Assembly (NCBI GenBank): GCA_964247055.1
Contig: OZ176050.1
Location: 5,208,001-5,272,000 of the forward strand
Source of the DNA: Paragordius varius
Lineage: Eukaryota; Animalia; Nematomorpha
Direction: 5' to 3'
Length of the DNA stretch: 64,000 nucleotides
Shown: positions 12,801 to 25,889 of the stretch, one piece after another
Layout of the letters: each line of letters starts with the position of its first letter
How positions within the stretch are numbered: position 1 is the stretch's first letter
Notes under the pieces: model-generated
Told to the model about the DNA's origin: nothing
What the model saw: only the letters and a program-made list of their open reading frames with translations
The model's database searches: none
Translations under genes and position numbers: made by a program

Positions 12801-14263
12801 AAAAAAATGTATTTAAGCATGTATAAAAAGCATGGCTATTATATAATTTAAAAAATTTCGATACCAAAATCCAAATAAAAAAATTCAATAAAATTATTTT
12901 AGAAAACACACAAAATTGATTAATTAATTTTGCGAATTTATGAAATTTGTTTTTCGCATTACGGGAAATATATACATTATAAAAACGGTTATGAGTATAT
13001 GTAATTCTAATTATAGTGTATTAAAGGAAAAATAGAAGCAGTGTATATATACCCACAACCATTTTAACTAGGGGCATATCTATAAACAATAATCAATTAA
13101 TTATATATAGTTATAATTATTATCACTAAAGTAACCAATTTTTTTGTATATGGCAAGCATTGTTATAAAATGATGACTAAGTATTAAAAATTATGTATGA
13201 GAGAAAGCATGAATGTTACACAAATTATATACATATACACCTTTTAATTCTTTAATTTTAATCACATATTCATATTTAGCAACAATAAAAATATTTACAT
13301 AAACAAATATAAAAGTTTTATTAATATAAATCTATAGAAAAAGATCAATTATTTGATACAGACAGATAGATAACAAGGTGTAAAATTAGAAAGGGAATTT
13401 ATTAAGCTTAAAATTATAGTTATAAACTATTTTAAGCGTTTTTGTAACATAAAAAAATAAACTTTATTTCATTACAATAATACTTAGGGGATAAAGCTGA
13501 GAAACAAAAATATAAGATTTATAAGAATACTTCATTAATATCATAAAAATGCATATTATAACAGTATAAAATTTGCATAATTAATGGTGGTAAATATTGA
13601 TTTGATTAACAGTAATGTATGGTTAAAAACGACCAATGGTTATAATTAAATGCCCATACTTACGTTTTATTCTTATTGTAAACAAGACTGATTTATTACA
13701 CATTATAGGATAATGTTTATATTTTTCAAAAAATTTATATATAGATCATATATTGTAAAACAAAATTTAAGAATAAAAATATAATGCATTTTTATTTCAT
13801 TCAAAAAAAATTAGTAAAAAACGTGCAATTTTATTATTGACTTGGCAAAATGGTTCAGTGTGAGTAAATAAGTTATGCAAAAAGAGATTCAAAAATCAAG
13901 GTTGCATGTAGCACACTTATTTGAATATAAATTTTATATCGTATCCGGCATTAAATTGAGGCTAGATTTATAAATAAATTTTATCTTAAGTTAAAAAAAG
14001 TTTGACCTCAAAAGTAGTATGGGTTTTATTTGCACGTTAAAATTATATAATATTCAAGCTTTTTATAAAAAAAATATGTAAATATTTGCCATAACAGAAA
14101 ATATTTGCTTGGGAATTCGGCCAAAAAAATACAAAAAAGGATATAGTAATATTATATAAAGCATATAACGAACCTGATATTTCTATAAATCTTTTTAAAA
14201 AGGAAAATAATTAAAATAAAAAATTCGAAATAGGGTTTTATCTAAAATAAACAATATATGTAA

Positions 14264-14296
<33 letters not shown>

Positions 14297-14439
14297 ATAA
14301 TTTATATATTAAAAATTTGTAAATTACTATTTTTTAGAATGATCAAAATATCCGATAAAAATATTATGCAAATTTATCAAGCGTGAGTTTTGTAATGTGT
14401 GGTTGTAAAAGCACGTGTAGATTTAAACAGACTACAAAC

Positions 14440-15520
14440 TAACAAATTTTTAAATCAAATATGTAAATTTACGCTCAAATATTTAACACTTCGATTCTAA
14501 AAGGGATATCTACAGACCCCAGAATATATATAAGTTAATAATTTTAAAAAACTACTGACAGAATTTGTTTTAATTTTACATCCTTCATTCGAATAATAAA
14601 TTTATAAATAAACAAAATATCTAAAAAAATTTAAAATATCAAACTACTTCATTATATCTTACAATATTTTTGCAAACCATCGACTTCTTTAACGCTAAAA
14701 TTTAAGCTAATCTATATTTAGTTCACATTTAACATAGAAATAATCCGAAACAAGTAGTTTATATTTAGCTAAATGCACACATGTCAATTAGTATAAATTT
14801 TTAATTTGAATCCATAAAAAAGTAATTATAAGTTTTAAATAATTTTTTTTATATTTCTGCATCAAAGCCCAAATTTTTGTTATGTTAACACACCTTTTGA
14901 CATTTTTGTCCTAGTTTACATTTTGGGATAGTTTTTATCCAAGATCTTAATTTGAAATGAACAACAATTTTGAGAGTTATTTTGGTTAAAAGTTAATTAT
15001 AAAAAATTCTTCTCATAAATAAAATAGCCTATCTTTACAGTTTTGTGACTATTAGAGTTAATATTGGGACAGCCCCAAAATACTAAAATGACATGTGATA
15101 TTGATTAGATATATCGAGTTTTTGTTGTTTTGTAGCCTTCTTTTTAAATTAATTCCCATTTTGCAACCATAAAATACATTTATTTGTTGCATTATCGATT
15201 TTAAAAAATTTATAGAAATATTTGGCAAAAAAATTTGAGATCAGGATATTTACAATATTACATTTTTTTAAAAAAAAATCTTGTATAATGTGCCTAAAAA
15301 ACTTCAGAAAGATTTTAAATTTGGCTTGATACGTCAAATACTTTTAAATATATTTTAATTTTAAATTACTATGGGATACAAAACTCCCAAAAGGTAATGG
15401 AGTAATTTGTTCCATATTTTAAATATTTAATTTTAAACTCCTCAGAGACCCCGATTAGAATTGGAGTACTGAAATGAATGTGTTGTATCCAAGTGTTAAG
15501 AATTATATAATTATTCAGCA
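14440..15520 (-). repeat. Dispersed AT-rich repeat family B (copy)
   Basis: Reverse-complement matches to 25890-26850 and 52690-53750, e.g. TTTAGCTAAATGCACACATGTCAA and GAAATGAATGTGTTGTATCCAAGTGTT. Confidence 0.6.
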
Positions 15521-16689
15521 TATAATGTGCATAGGTAAAAGAACTTAAAAGAAATAAAAAAACAATAACCTATGTATAAAAATATACGTTTTAGCCCATT
15601 AGATGTCTGATTAAAAATATGTATAGTTCTTTAAGTAGAGTTGGCCAATCTGAAAGACACATTTTGTGATTTGTCGGATAAATGTACTTCACCAAAAGCC
15701 AACAAATTTTGTGGTGATTTAAAAGGAGAGCTAGCAAAAATCGAAGAGGATTTAAGCCTTGGCAACGGGGTTAAAAATGAATTAGGATTAGTAACATTTG
15801 ATTAATCTTGTAACTGCTAACAAACACGTTGTTTTTCAATAAGGGATAGCCAATTAATCACCTAAGAATGTAGAATTAGGACGTGAAAATTGATTACTAT
15901 ATACTTATACGATGATGTATTTTGTTGATATTTGAATGCAGGTTTAGCAGTCATTAATAAAATTATATTCCGCATAATGTGCATAAACTTGGCTTTTTTT
16001 AATATAGAGCAATTACCACAATATTGGTATTTATTACGTTTAAAAGGCCCAAAACCAAAAGTACCATAACTGCAACTAACAATCAGATAATATTTGTCAA
16101 TTTTTTTCTGTGCACTGTGTTAAACATACTTAAAAACTTTTAATATTCACTGTTTTAACTTATAAATCCTGCAATTTGTATGGTGTTAAAAACTAACCGA
16201 GACAATCAGCTATTTAAAACATCTATTAAAATTTGTCAAAATATAACCAGAATAATTTGAAATTTAATTAATTTGAAAATTCAATTATAATGCGTTTTTA
16301 TTTTCTGCTATTTTTAACAATTTATTACTTCGTAGTTGAGGTGGTGTTCTCCATGGCAATATTTAAAATTTACAAATCTTAAAAAATATTTTTGGCATTG
16401 ATTAAATTCGAAATATCCTCTCTTTTGCCCTTTAGGCGCAATATATAAAAAAAATTTAATGTAAAATTGTAAAAAACCCTCATATTAAACCTTTTCGTCG
16501 CCATTTATTTTCTATAATTTTTTTAATCGTGAATAAACATGCAAACTGCATATCATGCTCAAAAATATATACAATTAAATTTGAAAAGCTTTAATATCGA
16601 TAATTAGTCAATTTTTCTTTGTTGATTATAATATCAGCTGTTCGTTTCAATCGTGTTCCGGAGCTATCAGAATTGGAGACACTAAAGGT

Positions 16690-17400
16690 AAAAAGTAATT
16701 ATTGTTTATAATCTAATACAAGAGGTTGTTAAGTTTTTACCAAAACTAAGCTTTGGGGTCGAAAACAAAAGATTAAATAATGGTCTATAGATTCGTATTG
16801 GGGTAGACCCCATATATTTAATTTGATATATTCAAAAAACTACTGAAAGAAACGGTTCTAATTTAAATTTAGGCTTCTATCCTAATAAAAATTAAATAAA
16901 AAAAAATTCCATATCAAACTATTTCGACGCCATTTTCGCAAAATATCATTCTAACACTAAAATTAAAGCTGATGTTGTATTTAAATCAAATGTGTTATTG
17001 ATATCAACAAGAAAAGTATGTTGATGAGCTAAAGTACACATGCCATGTTGATTGAATAAATTTTTACCTTGAGGTTTATACATAAAATAAGCCAAGTTTT
17101 TGAAAATCAATCTTTTTTTATATTTCGGTGCATCAATGTAATACAAGCTAAAACTTTTGCAATGTTTAAATTTGTTCCATTTTATTTGATTATAAAAATG
17201 CCTGGGGTCCTCAAAGATTCCAATGAATCGGAGGACTGAACGTGTAGTATCCAAGTGTTAATAGAAAATTGAAAAATTGGCGGCAACATGTTTGTGGATT
17301 AAGATATTTAAATATGATATCGCATTGGGACAAAATACTACCCCGAAGGTAATAAAAGATGAAAACTCATTTTGGAATTTAAGAGTCTAATATTCTACTG
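16690..17400. repeat. Dispersed repeat family B (partial, rearranged copy)
   Basis: Shares CTTCTATCCTAATAAAA, CCATATCAAACTATTTCGACGCCATTTT and CCTGGGGT motifs with the other family B copies. Confidence 0.5.
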
Positions 17401-17959
17401 TATTTGTATGAAAATCTTCTTCAGAATATTAAATACAATTTATGCAAAAAATATAGTTCATATTTTTTATACAACTCGTAAGGATCTGTTTCGACGCACC
17501 GCGGTCCTAGCGGCTTAAAGTGTTTAACGACCTATCGAAGTGGTTGGTAACTTTAATCGTAACATTAGATATCGAATGTTAATGTTTAGATTTTCCTCGG
17601 AATGAAGATCAAGAATGTCAGTATAAAATATACTTGAAATAACGGTTTTGGCAAAATCCGCAAATAAGTAACTAGCTCCAGAGTAAATGGATAATGATTT
17701 AAACCTTTTTTCAAACTCAAACAAAAAATGCATTATCGTTATATAATAATATAAATACATGTTCGTAAATATCACATAAATAATGACAATAAAAAACACT
17801 TCACAACAAAAAGATGCAATAGTTGAATAGATTTTTTCTAATGTTCCCATTAATTAAGCAATATATATACACATATATATTAAATAATGTATATACATAC
17901 ATAATTACATATACCAATGTTATTTTTAAAAGGTGAAAACAAATATTTATTCACCATCT

Positions 17960-18874
17960 ATGTCTCTATTAGCAATTAAAGATTTTATTAATTTATGGTT
18001 TCCATTTTTAACATCCTATTGGAAATATATTCCCTCTATATTGCTTCCAATCGTTTTAAGCGTAAACTTTTACAAACCGTCACTGGCAAAAAATAAGGTT
18101 AATGAAAACAGCGTTCCAGAAAATATAAATGGCCATATTCCTTACAATTACCATTTACCCAAAATTTTACCAAAAAAATATCCGGAAAACGGGAAAAAAC
18201 AAACAAGTATCATGGCAGAAATTGGATGCAAACGCTCATTCAAATTCTATGAACTTATGAATGCTCGTCGAAGCGTTCGCCATTTTAGTCATTCACCAAT
18301 CCCCCATATTGATATTGTCAAAAATTGTATCAGAACTGCCGGAACTAGTCCTAGTGGTGCCCATTGTCAACCATGGACATTTGTCCTTGTTTCATGCGCT
18401 AAAACTAAGCATTCTATCAGGGAAATAATTGAAGAGGAGGAAGAACTTAATTACAAGCGCCGTATGGGACAACGTTGGGTCGATGATTTGAAATTCGTGG
18501 ACACGGATTGGAATAAACCCTATCTAGAGGACGCTCCTTACCTAATCTTAGTGTTTAAACAAATATATGGCATGGCCAATGAAGGAAAAAGTAGTGAAGA
18601 AAAAATGCAAAAAAAAGAGGACAAAATTCCATATTACTATCAGGAAATGAGTGTATGCATTGCTTGTGGCTTACTTATTGCTGCACTCCATAATGCCGGA
18701 CTAGTGACAGTTACTACGACTCCGTTAAACTGTGGCCCTAAAATAAAAAATCTCCTTCAACGCCCTGACAATGAAAAATTGTTGATTCTTTTACCGGTGG
18801 GTTATCCAGCAAAAAACGCGACAGTCCCAAACATACAACGAAAACAATTGGATGACATTTGCATACATATTTAG
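17960..18874 (+). CDS. IYD: Iodotyrosine deiodinase (nitroreductase fold, FMN-dependent), single exon with N-terminal hydrophobic anchor
   Basis: ORF 17933-18874 (likely ATG at 17960). Motifs [93 protein letters not shown] closely match animal IYD. Confidence 0.95.
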   Translation: MSLLAIKDFINLWFPFLTSYWKYIPSILLPIVLSVNFYKPSLAKNKVNENSVPENINGHIPYNYHLPKILPKKYPENGKKQTSIMAEIGCKRSFKFYELMNARRSVRHFSHSPIPHIDIVKNCIRTAGTSPSGAHCQPWTFVLVSCAKTKHSIREIIEEEEELNYKRRMGQRWVDDLKFVDTDWNKPYLEDAPYLILVFKQIYGMANEGKSSEEKMQKKEDKIPYYYQEMSVCIACGLLIAALHNAGLVTVTTTPLNCGPKIKNLLQRPDNEKLLILLPVGYPAKNATVPNIQRKQLDDICIHI

Positions 18875-19559
18875 AGATATAATATAATCCCAAAATTTAT
18901 TAGCATTTTTCATATAAATATTTTTGTAAGGAGAAAAGAAAAACGTAATATGAAACTACTATTAATAATTATAATAAATATTATATTTTCTAAATAAAAC
19001 CCTTATCTTTAACTAAAAAAAGTCATTTATGGTATAATATATTGATGATAGGTTTGACAATAAAAGTGGGTGTATGTAGAATTGAATGAGTCAAAATGAT
19101 TATAATTTTCAATAATATGAGTGCATTATATTACAAATAAATAATTAATAAATAATTTTACAATATATGCTAAAATGAATGGTCTCTTTGTTATTAAATA
19201 CTTAAAGTAGTGATAAATATATATAGAAATACCTAAAGTATATAGATAGACCGGAATATAAACTAATCACCCCATCATCAAAAATGCAATAAATCACTAA
19301 AAGGGACATTACAAAAATTCCCCAAAACCATCTATCATATGACTTAGTTTTTTGGTGTTTTCTAAAATAAAAAACTATTTCATTGGCATATAATTTATAG
19401 CGTATTATAATAATATGTTGTAAGTGCTTGGCTTATAACACTTTTGGTAATTTATTTATATAGTTTTGCAGCCTAAAAATGGTAATGAGCTTAAACAGTA
19501 TTTTATTTTTTAATTTAAATGGGAGTTTATCTCTATGCTATAGACACATTGTTATTCAT

Positions 19560-22500
19560 TTAAATTTTGTCAAAGGCTGTATTGATTGATACAATATTAT
19601 TAAGTGCGCTATTATTGTAATTTGCATTGCTTAAAGTATCAATTAAATGTATCTTTTGATCAGCAATGATAGAAGCCTTAGTATCATTTTGAATCATAGA
19701 GGTAACTATTTCATCAATTAATTCAATATCCTCTTCACTACTAATGCAATGAATGTTGTTTGCCACTGAAATTCCCGAGTTCAATAACGTTTCGGTAATA
19801 TTTGATATTTTGATTTCACGATCCTCAATGAAAGTATCAATTTCTCCATTATTCTCAGCCATATCATTCTGCACAAATCCCAAATAATTATTCAAAGGCA
19901 AACTGGGTGCTTCTTCATAAAGTGATGGATCAATATAGTAATCCACATCGTTGGAATTAGCAATGTTATCTTTATTTGCATTACCCATAATCTTTCATTT
20001 AATATAAAGTAAAATACAGTATACCCTCTAAAATGGTTATGATAAATTATAAAATACGAATAAGATAAAAACAAACCTTGTTCGCAGTAAAAATGTTTGA
20101 GGGAGTGAAGTCATTCATGCAATTACTATGATTCATCAATTCGTCAACATTTATTTCATGATGAGGCTCACCCAGCGAGGATATATCTGAATTCGTTTGT
20201 ACTAGGGCATTCGATTCGGCATTGATGTTTCCGCCCTTATAATCGATAATTCCAATACCATCGACACTGTGTTTTTGTAAAACACTACTTATTTGAGTGA
20301 GTAACCCGGCTTTGCCTTCATCTAAGCACATAATATTAATTTATTCGTTCATTCAACAATCAATTTGTTATCCTTATTGATTCAAGGGTACAAGAAAAAC
20401 TTACCATGTTTGCCGGCAAATCGAGCTAAAAAGTCACTAAAACTTTTAACGAATGATGATGCCTTCGATTTTGTTGAAAAAGAACTCTCCTTATTTGTTT
20501 CATCATTAGAAGTCATATCTCCATTTATATTGGCATCAATTACAGATTCATCATTATCCAAGCTGTTCTGAAGCTCCTCCATCAACTCCAAATGATTAGG
20601 AATTGCGTATTTGCTAAAACTATTTTCACATTTGCCCCATTGATGTAATACACGCTCTAAAACAAAATAAAAAAGTAGTAGAGTCGAAACATTTATTTTA
20701 AAAATAAGGGGGCACACAAAAAGCTATTTAACAAACATATCACCAACCATGGTTAGCCAAATATTTTTTAAAGTTTGTAAGCAAATAGATAAATTTAATA
20801 AACGATAAAAAGATGTTTAAATTGTTCAAAAAAAGTAAAAACAAAAAGGTCGATACACGACTAGCTAGTAACGAAGAATTAGACAAAAAGTGGATTCAGG
20901 CAAAAATATTTTGATAAGAAATATCTACATATTAAAAAAATGCCCTCTTATATCTTTTTGCCCTTATAAATCAAAGATCCAAATATTATTTAAAAAAGTT
21001 AAAATTTTCACAAAATAATTATCGTTTTCTTAAACTTAATGTGCGGTCGTCACTCTGTAAAAAAGAAACAGCTTCTAAAAGTATTTTATTTACGGTTATA
21101 GGATGCTTCAGACATTATATCAGCGTTAGATGCGGGACTTGCTTCATTGTTAGAAACTTCGTTTTGATTGTTTGTGAAACGAGGAATAAAATTAAAGCCG
21201 GCAGCCATCAAAAAGCTGAATAATATTACCTAACATTTATAACAACAAAAGAACGTCAAGTAAATACATGATAGGTGAAAAAAACAAAATCATATATTTT
21301 GTTTTTAGTTATTTTGAAGTTATAACGATTAAATGTAGGCGTAATTTTAGGCTTATTTAGTTTTGTTAAAACACAATTTAATATCCAAGTGATTATTATT
21401 TTACAATTTAAACATTAATATATATTTACAAAGCATGATCCCGAATTTGTTTGAGTAGACACAGATTTGTAAAGAGAGGAAGCCAAATTAGTTAATTTCT
21501 TCAATTGAGCTTGTAAAGAGCTAAAAATAAAAAATACAAGTTTTACTTCAAGCCAAACCCCAACCGGCATGGCAAAAAATTAATATGCATTAAACAATTT
21601 CAAACCGCTATTCTAGCAATAAAAGAATTTAAAGGCGTTGTTTAAAAAATATTTAAGAAATAATAATACTATGAAAATACTTTTATAAAAGAAATAATTT
21701 ATATATTTAACACCTAAATATTACAATTTTAAAGTGAATAATACTAAAATTCATATTTAAAATTTAGGTATTTTAAATTTATCGTTTTAACTCAAAAACA
21801 TGATGTATTAAAACCAGTACATACAAATTATAAAATTTAACAGAAATATATGTAAAAAGAGGTTAAAAATGTTTACATATTATTTGTTTCCAATGATTTG
21901 ACTTTGTTTTTGAGCATATTATTGTCAGCAGCATAGGCTTGTAGTCTGAATGTCATACAATGAATTTTTAAAACAAAAACCTTTTAAATATTTAAGTGCA
22001 GTTCCAAGATATTATTTTATAATATATATATAAGGGTTAATTTTTTTACTAATTTTTTTTTATGAAATAGCTTATGACCATCGAATTTATTTGTCGCAAA
22101 AATTTTTACCTGATTACGACCTAGTTTTTGATATACAGAGAAAATCGAAATTGGGCAAAACGAGAATATTAAGGATAATTGACAAAATAATGATAAAAGT
22201 TGAGATATTATAGTTTGTTATCATTTTAGGATTTAGGAGATATTTATTAGATATAAATAGCCTAAAATCATATAGTTGGGTTCGTATAAAATTTCGATTC
22301 AAAAGATGGCGTTTTCCTCTAAAATATTTAAAAGACAAATTTTACAAAACTATATTAAAATAATTTCTTTAATTATTTACTAGCTAAACTCACTATTAAA
22401 ATCTCAACATTCATATTTTATTTAGTAAAAAACTTATAAGAATAAAACGAAAAATTTTATTTTTTGGCATCTTAAAAGTGTATAAAAAATTTATACTGTT

Positions 22501-25500
22501 TTATTTTGGAATCTTACATGAGTGGAAATTATATAGTATATAATTTATGCAAAATAGGATTTAAAAGTAGTAAAATATCAACCAAAAATCCTTACAATCC
22601 CTGTAACAAGTTTGTTTTAACACAAATATTAATATTTCTGCTGATATGTATGGATTTTTGGTTGATTTTCCACTACTTTTAAATTATAATTTGCATAAAT
22701 TATATACTTTATAATTCCCACTCATGTAAGATTCCAAAATATAACTATAAATTTTTATAGACTCATATGATGACAAAAAAATAAAAAAACAATATTTTTT
22801 AGTTGTATTTTGATACATATGTTTTTTTACTGAATAAAATATGTTAAAATTTTAATAGTAATTTTAGCTAGAAAATAATCAAAATATTTTAATATGGTTT
22901 CATTAAATGTTTTTTATCTTCTAAGTGTAGAAAAACGCCACCTTTTAAACTAAGATCATATAAAAACCTTAACTATATGATAGGCTATTTATATATAAAA
23001 ATATCTCCTAAAATGATTAAATCATAATATCTCAACTTTTTTCATTATTTTTTGAATGATCGTTAATTATCACTTTTTGTCCAATTTCGATTTTCTCTCA
23101 ATATTTCTAAAAATAGGTCGCAAACAAATAAAATTTTAACGGATAAATTGTCTGGTCATAAGCTATCTCATTAAAAGAATTTTAATAAAATTTTGCACAC
23201 TGTGAATATATATATATATATGTATGTATATATGTAACCAAAATTTTTATAAAAAAACCATAATATTTTTATTACAAAATCTTTATACGAAATTGATATT
23301 ACTTAAATTTTTTATTTTTTATATTTTTTGTTTAAATGTCTGGTAGTATAGATATATTTATGTTTTTTATATCAATTTATAATTATTGATTTGTCACACA
23401 TTTAATTTCATTTTATTTTTTTTGTTGTTTATTTTAAGTTTTTTCTTATAACAACTCCTGATGATGCCATTGGGCAAAAATTTGAGTCTTTAATGAATTT
23501 ATTATTATTTTCTTTCATTATTCACGACGTTGATACAAATCTAATCATAAAATGTTTAATAATAAAAGGTTACGAACTTGCTTTCCAGTGCTTCAATATA
23601 CTCTTTTTTCTTTCGTCTACTCTCTTGAGCTGAAATCTATAAATATAAGATGTAAAAAGCGTTATAAAACAAACCATCTGGACCAAAATATGTATATTTA
23701 CTTTATTTTTTATCTTTCTACGAATCTTTTTTAAAGATTTCTCCTCGGATTTTGAAAGTGGATAACGCTTAGGAATTGGATATCCTTCAGCTAAAAGGGT
23801 TTTCTTTTCCTCTTCTGTGAGAAATAGCGGCCCAGAAACGGGACCATTGGATTTAGGCTAAGGTGGAAACAATAAATTTAATGGTAATAATATATCATAC
23901 GATCATGTAAGCAAAATATAACGGCAGGCGCAAAAAAATTGAAAAAGAGGTTTAACTCTATCCTGTATTGTAAATGTAATAAATAAAGGTTTAAGTTATA
24001 ACTAACCTGTGGTGATATGTAACGTGAAAGCAAAACTTGATGTTGCTCCCGGTCTGACAATAATGTTCGCCATTCATTCATACCCGTGGTTGAGGCAACA
24101 CCACCATATTCATAATCAGCCGCAGGATCATTATTATTCAAAAGAGTAATGGCAGATAAATGTTTTCCACTATTGTTAATCATAGACATCATGCTCCTTT
24201 GAACAGAATGATTGGAATTATTAGCAAAATAATCATCAACTAAAGATGGTGGCAAAAGTGAAGGCGATACTGACCCCGAAGACCTATCAGACGATGAACA
24301 TGGCGATCTAGAGCAGCTATTGTTTGCAGCATTCTGCTTTTTAAAAGTGGATGCAGCAGAATGTACAAATTGCAATTGAGAAGGAAATTTGGGGAGCACA
24401 TTATTATTAGTTGCATTCTTTTTGGCATCATTGTCAGCAGTGCCAAACAATAGCTTGTCATTTATATTACGTAATATATGTGTTTTATTAGGATTAGCAG
24501 TATCATTTGTATTGCTAATATTGTTTAATGGAGGTGTTAGGGTATTATTATTATTATATGAAGCATTAGTATTGTATAAATTGGCTAAAATAGTAAAAAA
24601 TGATATTAAGGTAAAGTAATAAGCATGGCAATAAAATACATTTTTAAAATGGTATCCTTAAAAAGATGAAATTCAATGATTATCTATAATATTTTCCTCA
24701 TTACGCCGACACTTCGATAAAATAATCTAACAGGCGCTAATTATATTTTTGATATCACCTGTGTAATAAACAAAACAGCATTTTTAATTCAAAAATATAT
24801 GATTGGGAATACACTCGATTCAAAATTGCTAGCTAGGGTTCAGATTTTACATTTTAGATGTGTACAAAAAAGGTAAAAAAATAAAAATTTATCATAAAAT
24901 ACTTTCAGTATTTAGGGTTTTGTTTAATCCATTTGTTTTCCATGATGGTGGAACAATGGATGACTTAAGGCGCTTATTGTTTCCCATGATAGGATATTGA
25001 GATCTGGATATAGTCAAAACTTCCGGCATAGCTAAAGCTCTTTCATCAAAATTTTCTGATTTCCGACCAACCACATGAGCGGAGCTACTACCAAATTTGG
25101 CAATATTTGGTTTTAAAAAAATAGGTTTAGAACCTCGTAAAGCCCCTCCTGTAAATGTTTTGGGAACGGTTGTTATAGCTGTTAAAGGAATATCCATAAC
25201 ATTTTGGCCTTTAAAAATATATTTGTTTATATTAACATATCAATATGGATTAAGCAGATAAAACAAAATTTTATTTACGTTTGTTTTCATATAAAATTTC
25301 TTCCCCTCCAATCCAATCTAAATCAAGAGCTAAAAATAAACAAAATCCAATTACTTTTGGTGTAATTTTCAAGTTTTAATGATAATTCGTTTATGGATGA
25401 ATCATTCAATGATTTATTTAATGGATCAACACTCTTAAAATTCATAGAACTTAAATCATCACTATCACTTGATGAAAACTACAGTATTACACAATAAATT

Positions 25501-25575
25501 TACCTCATTGTGTACCGAATCATCCCATATATTGGCTTTAAATTCCTCTAAACAACATGTATCGAACACCTCCAT
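19560..25575 (-). CDS. CREB3L2: CREB3-like (CREB3L1/2, CrebA class) bZIP transcription factor with transmembrane and long luminal domain
   Basis: Phase-consistent exons 25575-25504, 25478-25355, 25208-24903, 24584-24007, 23857-23702, 23636-23578, 21945-21877, 21520-21430, 21229-21094, 20656-20405, 20321-20077, 19991-19560. Spliced ATB+bZIP reads [94 protein letters not shown]; TM is [18 protein letters not shown]; S1P-like RVLH follows. The symbol denotes family class, not strict 1:1 orthology. Confidence 0.9.
22050..23190. repeat. Foldback (long imperfect palindrome) element inside the CREB3L bZIP intron
   Basis: Arms of ~550 bp: CTTATGACC (22071) / GGTCATAAG (23154); GGAATCTTACATGAGTGGAAATTAT (22508) / ATAATTCCCACTCATGTAAGATTCC (22711). 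Second copy at ~61000-62500. Confidence 0.8.
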
Positions 25576-25889
25576 CAGCAGGATATAGGCTAATATAAAA
25601 ATATCCAATAGGGATGATTTATTGACATAGTTTTTTACAGAAAAATTATGGCAAATATTTTACAAATTTTTTAAAGTTAATAGAATCCCAAGGCCTAAAA
25701 TAAAATGAAAGGACTTAAATAGGATTATCCAACTTATGAATTTTATATAATGCGTCCAAAATTGGGGGGTATAAAAAATAATTTGATAAAATATATATAT
25801 TCTAATTGGAAAATATATCGGGATTATCATGGCGCTTTTGATTTTGGCCCTTATGAGTTATGAAATGAAAGTTATTTACACTTTTATGG

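Noticed and set aside
14267-14296. (TA)n microsatellites (also ~5172, 23208) and poly-C at ~42948-42965
   Set aside because: Ordinary simple repeats; the poly-C is an expanded run within a Helitron module.
16946-17254. 102-aa ORF
   Set aside because: It lies within repeat family B; other copies do not preserve the frame.
16486-17527. piggyBac-like element bounded by TTAA
   Set aside because: The putative TIRs (ACCTTTTCGTCGC vs ACACTTTAAGCCGC) match too poorly and TTAA is very frequent here.
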